Shown here one piece after another: positions 1-7,908 of a stretch of 17,380 bases of DNA. Under the pieces are notes generated by a model that saw nothing but the letters and a program-made list of their open reading frames with translations, searched no databases and was not told the DNA's origin. Within the stretch, counting starts at the first letter, position 1. Each line of letters opens with the position of its first letter. Both the position numbers and the translations under genes were made by a program. The stretch is from Candidatus Heimdallarchaeota archaeon. GTDB taxonomy: Archaea > Asgardarchaeota > Heimdallarchaeia > JABLTI01. The stretch covers positions 1 to 17,380 of the forward strand of contig DXJV01000066.1 of assembly GCA_019056785.1 (NCBI GenBank), given 5' to 3'.

Positions 1-305
1 TCTTTTACAGGTATTGAACCACCAAAGTCTTTACGCAACCAGTGTCCAACTGTATGTTTATATTCTTTTGGGAATAATTCGGTAAATGCTTTTTTTGTTA
101 AATTATTTTTTTCCGAACATAATTCAAATAATCTGCAATAATATTTTGATTAACATTATACAAACGTTGAACTGCAAAAAATTCTTCTTCTACAGAACTT
201 CTTGCGCCAGGTGATGCTCCCCAATTTTTTCGTTCAATATCGTTAAACTTACCATTGTAATTTCTACTTGTTGCATTTTTTGCAACAATTTGATTATTAT
301 CTACA
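1..305 (-). pseudogene. Internal fragment of a probable site-specific DNA methyltransferase (N4/N6 family) with an HTH-like insert; 5'-truncated, frameshifted, continues past the window start
   Basis: Not in the ORF track. Manual minus-strand translation gives ...NQIVAKNATSRNYNGKFNDIERKNWGASPGARSSVEEEFFAVQRLYNVNQNIIADYLNYVRKK, then TAA at 100-98. A -1 shift in the A7 run (112-106) continues NNLTKKAFTELFPKEYKHTVGHWLRKDFGGSIPVK to the edge. There is no start codon in the frame (stop at 343-341). The family call is recalled resemblance only; no catalytic motif lies in the window. Confidence 0.5.
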
Positions 306-835
306 TTTACTTTTATTATATTGCCACAAAAAATGACGCATTAAATGCTCTTGCGTCCGGTGAAATTGATATGGTCGATGCTCAATATGTCATTCGAGTT
401 GATGAAGTCCCATCAGGAGCTGCTTATACTTTGGTTAATACAGAATCGTATTATGAAATGGCAATAAACAATTACCATCCTATTATCGGCACAGGTGAGC
501 ATTGTCCTATTGCAGGTAAACAATCAGCAAAGTATGTCCGGAGAGCGATCAATCATATAGTCCCAAGAGAAGTAATAAAAAATGCTTGGGGTGCCTATCT
601 TCTCGAGGATGGCATTGTTCCTTGCCCACAAAATTCTCCCTTCTTTGACTCTTCTCTACAGCCATTTAACTACAATCTCACGAAGGCAAAACATTACATG
701 GAATTAGCAGGTTATACATTTCAATCAACGCCTCCTACATGGTCCATTAGTTTGACAATCACTCCAATTGCTGCATTAATGGGCGCAGTGGTCATTTTTC
801 TGCGTTCTCGTAAAAGGCAGAAAAAACCTTCCTAA
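302..835 (+). pseudogene. 5'-truncated C-terminal fragment of a family-5 (peptide/nickel) ABC substrate-binding protein, paralog of 919..2718
   Basis: Aligns by eye to the last third of 919..2718 (ALASGEID, INNYHPIIGTGEHCPIAGKQSAKYVRRAINH, PCP, AKHYMELAGY) and ends in a TM segment plus RSRKRQKK. It has no signal peptide. The TTG at 290 lies within the opposite-strand fragment. Confidence 0.8.
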
Positions 836-838
836 AAC

Positions 839-853
839 TTTTTTTTAGTTTTC
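839..853 (+). terminator. Oligo-T archaeal terminator candidate
   Basis: T8 run followed by agttttc, just after the stop at 835. Confidence 0.4.
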
Positions 854-918
854 TGTCAGCAATTTTTTGAGAAAAAAATAAATGCAAAGAGGATTATTTA
901 TATATTGAGAGGGATGTA

Positions 919-2718
919 ATGTCAAGAGTTGAAAGAAAAGTAAGAACGATTATTCTTATCGGACTGCTTTGTGGTTTTTTTCCCACGTTAAATACAAGGT
1001 TGGTTTTTGCTAATGACTCAAATCCAGAGCCTGTTTTTTACATCTCAATTTTAACCCCAAATCCTGGTGGTCCACCTCCTAGTGTTTTTGTATTAACTCT
1101 TGCAGAAGATCTCCCAAAAATAGGCATTGGTGTTGACTTGTGTATAGAAAATTGGAATTTTATCATTAATCGAACGTGGGGTTATCCAGGGCCTTATCCT
1201 ATTCCTACCTACACTGAGGGTGGTTATGATACCTTTTCTATAGGTTGGCGGTGGGGCCTTGATTGGAACCCTTACGATTTATATGCTGAACCAACTATTT
1301 GTGGAGGGGGGATGAACTTCTATCAATACATTACAGATGAGATCAATTGGGCTTTAGAAAATTACACTCGAACCATTGATTATGCTGATAGAATATTTTG
1401 GGGCAATAAGATTCAACAAATAATCTATGAAGATGTACCGCTTCTCCCAGTTTCGCAATCAGATGAATTTATTCTTCATGACTCTAACTTAACTGGTTTA
1501 GATGGGAAACTCTTTAGGTATGCTTATCAATCGATGGAAAATTGGTCTATCCCTACACAAACAGAGCTGCATGCATCAGTTGGTTATTTTAGAGATTTCT
1601 TTGTTTTTAATGCGCATCAATTCACGGACCTTCTCTGGTTAAACCAAATTTATAATTCACTTATCAAACGTGACCCGAAGATAGGCTATTTCTATGCACC
1701 GGATATTGCTACTTCTTTCACTACTACTGATGGGTTAACGTATACTGTCTCAATTAATCCCAATGCCGTTTGGGCTGATGGCACACCATTAAATACCTCT
1801 GATGTTGCCTTTTCTTTTGAACTTGTAGCAGCTATCAGTAAAAATTTGAATAAAGATCTAAGTTCAAAGAATATTGCCTACGATTATTCGATCAACATTA
1901 TAGATGAACATACTCTCGAAATTTCTTTTGACAACCGCTATCATTTCCTTCCTGAGAGCAATTTAGATGTCTATTTAATTCCAAAACATATTTGGAAAGA
2001 TGTCCCCATTAACAATTTAAGTCAACAAGCCTTAGAGTGGGCTAAAACGGATCCAACAAAACTCATAGGCACGGGTCCCTTTTATCTTTATGAATACAAC
2101 GAATCTCCCAGAGTTATCCATTTGAAAAGGAATCCCTTTTATGCAAATTGGTCGGGTATAACTCCAAATTTTGAAGATATTTATTTTGAATATTTGCCTA
2201 CACTTAGTACTGCTAAGGAATTGGCCGCTCTTAAAAATGGAGAACTTGATCTAATAATTGATAGTGTATCTGTTGGGGGAACCAATCTCTCTGCTCTTCC
2301 GGCAACAATTGGCTATACCATGATTGATTCCGATAGCGTGCATGAATTTGCCATTAATAATATGCACCCTATTCTTGGCACTGGAGAAGTTTGTCCCATT
2401 GCTGGCCCACAATCAGCAAAATATGTGCGAAAAGCGATTAATCATGCCGTTAACCGAGAATTAATTTGCAAGGAACTACCTGGGCAATTTAATGACCCTG
2501 CTGCAACTCCTTGTCCAAAAAGCTCACCGGTTTATAACAGTTCCTTGAAACCTGCAGAGTATGACCTCGAATTGGCGAAGGAGTATCTACGAAAAGCGGG
2601 CTATGATATTCCATTAACTATAATCTCATTTGGTATTGGTGTATCATTTCCTGTCTTTGTTTCTCTTCTGGCTTTAATTGGTGGTTGTGTTACAGTTTTT
2701 CGTCGAAAAGATCGTTAG
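919..2718 (+). CDS. Family-5 ABC transporter substrate-binding protein (OppA/DppA/NikA-like), permuted segment order, C-terminal membrane anchor
   Basis: Motifs DGLTYTV, WADGTPLNTSDVAFSF, IGTGPF, LKRNPFY, VRKAINHAVNR, YDLELAKEYLRKAGY, IQQIIYEDVPLLP. N-terminal signal-like segment, C-terminal TM plus RRKDR, and about 10 N-X-S/T sequons. Confidence 0.9.
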   Translation: MSRVERKVRTIILIGLLCGFFPTLNTRLVFANDSNPEPVFYISILTPNPGGPPPSVFVLTLAEDLPKIGIGVDLCIENWNFIINRTWGYPGPYPIPTYTEGGYDTFSIGWRWGLDWNPYDLYAEPTICGGGMNFYQYITDEINWALENYTRTIDYADRIFWGNKIQQIIYEDVPLLPVSQSDEFILHDSNLTGLDGKLFRYAYQSMENWSIPTQTELHASVGYFRDFFVFNAHQFTDLLWLNQIYNSLIKRDPKIGYFYAPDIATSFTTTDGLTYTVSINPNAVWADGTPLNTSDVAFSFELVAAISKNLNKDLSSKNIAYDYSINIIDEHTLEISFDNRYHFLPESNLDVYLIPKHIWKDVPINNLSQQALEWAKTDPTKLIGTGPFYLYEYNESPRVIHLKRNPFYANWSGITPNFEDIYFEYLPTLSTAKELAALKNGELDLIIDSVSVGGTNLSALPATIGYTMIDSDSVHEFAINNMHPILGTGEVCPIAGPQSAKYVRKAINHAVNRELICKELPGQFNDPAATPCPKSSPVYNSSLKPAEYDLELAKEYLRKAGYDIPLTIISFGIGVSFPVFVSLLALIGGCVTVFRRKDR

Positions 2719-2739
2719 TTATCTTTCTCTTCCTTTTTT
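2719..2739. terminator. Short pyrimidine/oligo-T tract between convergent genes
   Basis: ttatctttctcttccttttttt separates the stop at 2718 (+) from the stop at 2740 (-). Confidence 0.4.
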
Positions 2740-4034
2740 TTATTTTGGCAATTCAGCTAAAAGGAGGTCGAGGAACTTTTCAATTGTGGCTGGCGTATAA
2801 GAATCTTCACAAAAACCAACGCTCAAAGTTATTTTCTTTTTATAGGAACTTATCCCCATACTAAAGCTAGGTGCCCAATTGATGGGGGTTATAATGTGTG
2901 CATCCTCAATTTCAACAGAACCAAAGTGTCTTTCTGTTGCTTCTATTCTTCCAACATTGGTGATAATTGGGTGCATCTTATTTTTTCTACGAAGGCCTTT
3001 TTGGATTCGATGCCAACCCCAAGAAGTCATTTTGTAATTAAATCTGAAAAGATTATGAATTACAAACATTTGCCCTAACCCAAGATAGATTTCTTTCTTT
3101 TTCTTCATTTGCTTGCTAATTTCTTGCAAATTCTTGTCAAACGAGTCATGGGGGTCGAACTTCAAATTGACAAAGGTTGAAGCAACCAAATTAGCAACAC
3201 TATCAGCTTTTTTCGTTGGTACCAGTGCTCGAAGGTCAGTTGGCACTGCAAGTGTCATTCTTTTTTTCGGCTTCTTTTCTTGCAACTTAAATAAGGCTCT
3301 AAAAGAGGCCGTTAAAAGCATATCGTTGATAGTGGCTTGATGTTGCTTTCCATAGTTTCTTATGTGATCAAATCTTTCCGGGGTAATTGTGCGAAGTATG
3401 TAATTCTTCTTTTCCTTCCCATGGCCAATACTTGGGAAGGACCATGTCGGGTGGAAACCTCGTTCTTGGAGAAGCGATTTTATCTTCATAAATATGGAAT
3501 AATGTTTGAAGATTTGTTTCAATCCTCTCTTTGGCGGCCAGTTCACTGTAACAGAATAATGAGGGTCCTTTAACAACTCGTTATAAATATTGCAGAGAAG
3601 GCTTAAGTAGTCATAAAACCCCCCTCCATCCATGACACTATGGTCGGATTTTATAACGAGGATGTCCTTCTGCTTGCGGAAAATTCGAATTTTTATCAAG
3701 GAATCTTTCCCAGGATCAATTTCACTTAGAACAAATTGCTTGACAGCTTCTTTTGGTTTTTGTGTCTCGAGTAATTCAAAGTAGTCCAATTCATCAAGGT
3801 CATCTCTTCGCTCCCAATAGGCTCGCCTCCAATGCTTAACATATTTACAACCAAGAATTGGTTCAGCATCTAAAGACAAACGAACGGTTTTTCGCATAAT
3901 CTTCTCATCGATTTTTCCATTTAAATAGAACACAAAATTGATTTGTTGGTCTGTCCCGGTATGGAGAAAGTAGTTAAGATTATCGCCTGTTGTTACTTTT
4001 ACTCGAAGGGGTTTTTTGCATTCTTTTTTGGCAT
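2740..4034 (-). CDS. Stand-alone condensation-domain / CoA-dependent acyltransferase (HxxxDG) protein; likely start ATG 4034 requires a -1 frameshift
   Basis: Catalytic motif SDHSVMDGGG, plus ATINDMLL, VPTDLR and TNVG motifs. The frame is open from 4050 and encodes KKPLRVKVTTGDNLNYFLHTGTDQQINF upstream of the track's GTG (3933), with no start codon there. An out-of-frame ATG at 4034 has GGTG 6 nt upstream. Confidence 0.8.
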
Positions 4035-4149
4035 GGAAAACACCAGGATATCAAAATTGTTTCAGATAATTGCTATTTATAAAAGAAGTACTTTTTCTTA
4101 AATAACAATTCATTTTTTACTGTTTAAATCTTTATTTTTAGCTGCTATT

Positions 4150-5343
4150 TTAGAGCGTTTTTTGTAGGATGGAATAAAGAGCTTCTTCCGAGAGTGCAAC
4201 GGGGTTATATCGAATACTCGAGCTTTTCAAAACGAGTGGGATAATTGTTTCAAAGTCCTGTTCCTGTAATCCTAAGCTTGATAATTTTGGAATTTTCAGA
4301 AGGTTGGTTAGCTGCTTTAAACGTTCAATTAAGTTAAAGGCTGTTGTTTTGATATTCTCATTTTTCGGCACCCCAAAAAGGTATGCAAGTTTGACATATT
4401 TTGTTAGTGTGCGATGATATGGTACTTCCTTTACCATTTGCCGAATGTTTTCTTCAATAACCGGCTTTAAAAGTGCAGCGCAAATAACTCCATGGGGTAT
4501 CTCGAGTCTCCCACCAAGAATGCCGGCAAAGCCATGTACTGCTCCTAGACCAGCATTTGCCAAACATATCCCACTCAGAAGTGCGCTAAATGCCATGTCC
4601 TCTCTAGCAGATACATCCTGTCCGTTGTCATATGCCAAGAGTAATGACTTTATTGCTCGGTTCAATCCCATTCGGGCCAAAACATCTGTTAATGGCTGTG
4701 CTTTATTCGAAGTATAGGCTTCAATAAGTTGGGTCAAAGCATCCATGCCCGTACTGGCTGTAACATTTCGTGGCATTGAGAGCATGAGTTCTGGGTCAAT
4801 TATGGCAAGTTTTGGGATAAGTAATGGGCTGCGAATGCTTGCTTTAATTTTCTCTTTCTTAGAAAGAATTACAGCGTTCTTTGTCGCTTCACTACCGGTT
4901 CCGGCTGTGGTAGGAATCGCTATTAAGGGTGCTGGCTCATTAGTTATTTTTTTACCTGTGCCAATAACCTCCATGTAGTCTTTAGCTTCCCCTTCATTTG
5001 TTAATAGTCCAGCAATTGCCTTTCCTAAGTCAATAGCACTCCCGCCACCTATGGCGATAACACAGTTTGCTTGTAGCTCTTTTCCCAGTTGAACACCTTT
5101 GTCCACTTGGGTGGTATCCGGCTCGCCTTGCACCTCGAGTAAACCAACAGTTACTTGTTCATTTTCCCTTATTTCAGCTAGTATCTCAGTTATTTTCGCG
5201 CTTTTCAAAACACTTCGATTGCCAACAAAAAGGCAATTGGTTGCCTTAAATTGCTCTAAACTTTCTGGCAATTCTATGATTCGTCCAAAACCAAATTTTA
5301 GTTGTGGAACCTGTAAAAAGTCAAAGCGAAGTTCGTTGCTCAC
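4150..5343 (-). CDS. Iron-containing (type III) alcohol dehydrogenase
   Basis: GGGSAID, IPTTAGTGSE, IIDPEL, GMDALTQLIE, GLGAVHG and PHG motifs. GAGGG SD-like site upstream of the GTG. Confidence 0.93.
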   Translation of the reverse strand: MSNELRFDFLQVPQLKFGFGRIIELPESLEQFKATNCLFVGNRSVLKSAKITEILAEIRENEQVTVGLLEVQGEPDTTQVDKGVQLGKELQANCVIAIGGGSAIDLGKAIAGLLTNEGEAKDYMEVIGTGKKITNEPAPLIAIPTTAGTGSEATKNAVILSKKEKIKASIRSPLLIPKLAIIDPELMLSMPRNVTASTGMDALTQLIEAYTSNKAQPLTDVLARMGLNRAIKSLLLAYDNGQDVSAREDMAFSALLSGICLANAGLGAVHGFAGILGGRLEIPHGVICAALLKPVIEENIRQMVKEVPYHRTLTKYVKLAYLFGVPKNENIKTTAFNLIERLKQLTNLLKIPKLSSLGLQEQDFETIIPLVLKSSSIRYNPVALSEEALYSILQKTL

Positions 5344-5370
5344 ATTTTGTCCCTCTTGGGCTTGTATTGA

Positions 5371-5688
5371 CTATTTTGCTTCAAAGGCTTCTTCCGTTTC
5401 CGGGAATAGATTTGTATATTTAATTCCTTCCCGCGGTTTAGCCATCATTGGTGCAACATTTTCACGCCATTTCTTATAGTGGGCCGTTTCTTTATGTGCT
5501 GCCATCCCACTTTCATTTTTATACACTTCATAGAGAAAGAATTTGTTCGGATCATCTCGAGATTGGAGCACGTCAAATCGTAAATTCAATGGTTCCTGCC
5601 GGGTGTTTTTTGCATTTTCGAGTGTTTCCTTAATGAATGCTTCTCTGAATTCTTCTTTAACGTAAATTGAAATGCCAACTATGTACAA
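5371..5688 (-). CDS. ABM-family dimeric alpha/beta barrel protein, LsrG-like (putative isomerase / quinol monooxygenase)
   Basis: QEPLNLRFDVLQ...FFLYEVY...AAHKETAHYKKW closely follows the LsrG/YgiN pattern. GGAGG lies upstream of the TTG. The gene is 27 nt from the ADH gene. Confidence 0.85.
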   Translation of the reverse strand: MYIVGISIYVKEEFREAFIKETLENAKNTRQEPLNLRFDVLQSRDDPNKFFLYEVYKNESGMAAHKETAHYKKWRENVAPMMAKPREGIKYTNLFPETEEAFEAK

Positions 5689-5792
5689 TTCATTATTTCC
5701 TCCACAAGTTAGTTATGAATCTTTGTTACCCTCTTTTTTTATCAGTTTTTTGCAAGAAAAATTCTTTAGTAGGAAGTTTTGCCACCATTATA

Positions 5793-6221
5793 TTAACTAT
5801 AACCAATTATTATTAAGGAGCTCATCTTTCGAATGGCAGTGAATGCTTCAGGCTTCCAAATATATGGTTGATGGTCATTCATTTTAAATATTTCAAAGTC
5901 CTCTTTTGTTCGTTCGGTAATTTTTGCAATTAGAAATAGCTCACAAACCCCTCCTGAAACGGAAAACAATCCTTTGTCTAATTGTGTTCGTCGCAATAAA
6001 ATTATTGGGAGCCGTATATTTTCCCATTCTTCTTTGGGAAGTATTTTTGCTGCTAACTCAAGGTCTTTTTTTCTCATAAAATGGTTCTTATTTTTCTTTG
6101 TTTTTACATGTGGCTTTTCTTCTGTTAATAATTGCTTCAAGCTTTTTCGCTCTGCAGGAAGGTGGTCATTAATGGTCTCAATATCCAAAGACCAGATGAG
6201 ATCCAATAATTTATCAGACAT
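5793..6221 (-). CDS. DUF61 (UPF0216) family archaeal protein
   Basis: INDHLPAERKSLKQLLTEEKPHV and IRLPIILLR match the family pattern as recalled; 142 aa is a typical size. Confidence 0.75.
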   Translation of the reverse strand: MSDKLLDLIWSLDIETINDHLPAERKSLKQLLTEEKPHVKTKKNKNHFMRKKDLELAAKILPKEEWENIRLPIILLRRTQLDKGLFSVSGGVCELFLIAKITERTKEDFEIFKMNDHQPYIWKPEAFTAIRKMSSLIIIGYS

Positions 6222-6386
6222 TTGCTGGAAAATTCTTTCGCAACTACTTAAAAGTTTTCAATTCCGTGTGATTTTTGCTTAAAAAGAGTTGATTTTTTAC
6301 TCCCAGAAAGATTACTTTCTAAACCATCATCTTTTAAAAAAAATCTCGTATATTTATTAGTTAATACATAATTGAAGGTGCCACAA

Positions 6387-6695
6387 ATGTCTGATGATAC
6401 TTTTGATCCGAAATTGCCCATTGGTTTCAATTATTCGCTAAAAAATGGTGAACTTTCAATTCAATTCTTCTGCGACTGTTGTCATAGTGAAATCAAAGTT
6501 TCGCAAAAACTCCAACAAGACCTTGAAGTTGTTGAAAAGAGCCTTGCAAATATTTTTGATGATTTAAAAAAAGAACTGGATGGAAAATTCCACCGGTGCG
6601 AACAATGTGGTTTTTTAATCTGTGAAAAATGCTGGAATGCTCGACACCAGAAATGCATTGAATGTCCTATTTGTATTGACACGGACATCAAATAA
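6387..6695 (+). CDS. Small cysteine-rich zinc-binding protein (four CxxC)
   Basis: CDCC, HRCEQCG, CEKCW and CIECPIC. ATG 6387 has AGGTG 6 nt upstream, so it is preferred over TTG 6372. Confidence 0.75.
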   Translation: MSDDTFDPKLPIGFNYSLKNGELSIQFFCDCCHSEIKVSQKLQQDLEVVEKSLANIFDDLKKELDGKFHRCEQCGFLICEKCWNARHQKCIECPICIDTDIK

Positions 6696-6771
6696 TCGCT
6701 CACAAATCTTTCTTTCCGAAGAAAAGCTTAAAATTCTAGCTTTCTTTTCCTTTTGTGTGGCGAAAATAACT

Positions 6772-7863
6772 ATGTCTTTAAAATTATTTAGTGAATTTAC
6801 ATTAAAGCATTTTAATTTGAAAAACCGGTTGATGCGTTCTGCTACCACTTCTTATTGGGCTGACAGAGAGGGGATTTTGCGTCAACCAATTATTGATTAT
6901 TATAGAAAGCTCGTTGAGGGTGGTCTCGGATTTATTGTTAAGGGGCATTCGTACGTTCTGGAATCAGGTAAAGCTCATGAGGGGCAATCAGGTTTAACCA
7001 GTGAAAAGCATCTGCCAAAAATGAAAGTTCTTACGACTTTGGCGCATGAAAAGAGTGTTCCCATTATCGCGCAATTGAATCATGCCGGTTATTCGAGCAT
7101 TGTTGAAAGAATTACTGCTTCGGAATATCGCACTGCTGAGTGGGTTGCGCGTGAAGCGACTATCGCTGAAATTGATGAAATTGTTGAAGCGTTTGCTCAT
7201 GCAGCAGAGTTAGCTCTCCAAGCGGGATTTGATGGTGTTCAAATTCATGCGGCCCATGGATATCTCATTAGTCAGTTTTTATCGGATCGTGTTAACAAAC
7301 GGACAGATAAGTATGGGGGAAGTCTTCTAAATCGTGCACGTTTGTTATTGGAAGTTTTTGATGCCATCCGGAAAAGAATAGGAAATGCGCCAATTTTGTC
7401 TGTAAAAATGAACTGTGATGATTTTGCACCTGTTGGTGGTATACAAATTCAGGATGCTGTTATTATTGCAAACCTTTTAGCGGAGAAAGGCATTGATTTA
7501 ATAGAACTTTCGGGGGGTGGCCCTGAACAGAGCCGTGACTTGCGAAAACAGCGAGGGAAACCTGCAGAAAATTCTCCTTATTTTGAAGCCAATTTTTCCG
7601 GACATGCAGAAACAATTCGTAAAACAATTTCAACTACCCCTTTAGCATTGGTAGATGGTTTTCGTACTCGGAGAGCAATGGAGGCAATTTTAACTGCTGA
7701 TGTTGTTGACCTCGTTTCTATAAGTAAGTCAACTATTTGTGAACCTGATCTCCCCAAGAAACTTCAAGCAGGACAAACACGTTCTGAATGCATTGATTGT
7801 CGGCTCTGTTTATCAAAAGAACGCTTCGGTAAAATGATGCTTTCTTGTGCGCAAAAAGAATAA
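6772..7863 (+). CDS. NADH:flavin oxidoreductase, Old Yellow Enzyme family
   Basis: LKNRLMRSAT, QLNHAG, AGFDGVQIHAAHGYLISQFLS, NKRTDKYGGSLLNRAR. Similarity begins at ATG 6772 (MSLKLF); the track's 6622 start overlaps the upstream gene. Confidence 0.93.
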   Translation: MSLKLFSEFTLKHFNLKNRLMRSATTSYWADREGILRQPIIDYYRKLVEGGLGFIVKGHSYVLESGKAHEGQSGLTSEKHLPKMKVLTTLAHEKSVPIIAQLNHAGYSSIVERITASEYRTAEWVAREATIAEIDEIVEAFAHAAELALQAGFDGVQIHAAHGYLISQFLSDRVNKRTDKYGGSLLNRARLLLEVFDAIRKRIGNAPILSVKMNCDDFAPVGGIQIQDAVIIANLLAEKGIDLIELSGGGPEQSRDLRKQRGKPAENSPYFEANFSGHAETIRKTISTTPLALVDGFRTRRAMEAILTADVVDLVSISKSTICEPDLPKKLQAGQTRSECIDCRLCLSKERFGKMMLSCAQKE

Positions 7864-7908
7864 CTATTTGGAACTAAAAAGCTCTTCCTCTCTTTTTTCA
7901 GTGCTTTC

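Noticed and set aside
106-112. Programmed frameshift at the A7 run in the methyltransferase-like fragment
   Set aside because: The in-frame heptamers (G AAA AAA, A AAA ATA) are not canonical, and the gene is already 5'-truncated.
2740-3933. NRPS biosynthetic cluster
   Set aside because: Only a lone condensation-like domain is present; there are no adenylation, carrier or thioesterase genes.
2896-5633. Plus-strand ORFs 2896, 3113, 3337, 4445, 4745, 5067, 5099, 5448
   Set aside because: Antisense shadows of well-supported minus-strand genes, with no recognisable motifs.
5371-5688. Complete Lsr AI-2 quorum-sensing system
   Set aside because: No lsrK, lsrF, lsrR or lsrACDB in the window, and the ABM fold has many functions.
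6622-6771. Extended OYE start at 6622 (likewise the starts at 10422 and 290)
   Set aside because: They overlap neighbouring genes. Family similarity or SD placement favours downstream starts, or truncation in the case of 290.
5974-7200. ORFs 5974+, 6248-, 6482-, 6615-, 6994-
   Set aside because: They overlap DUF61, the Zn-finger gene or the OYE in antisense, and show no motifs.
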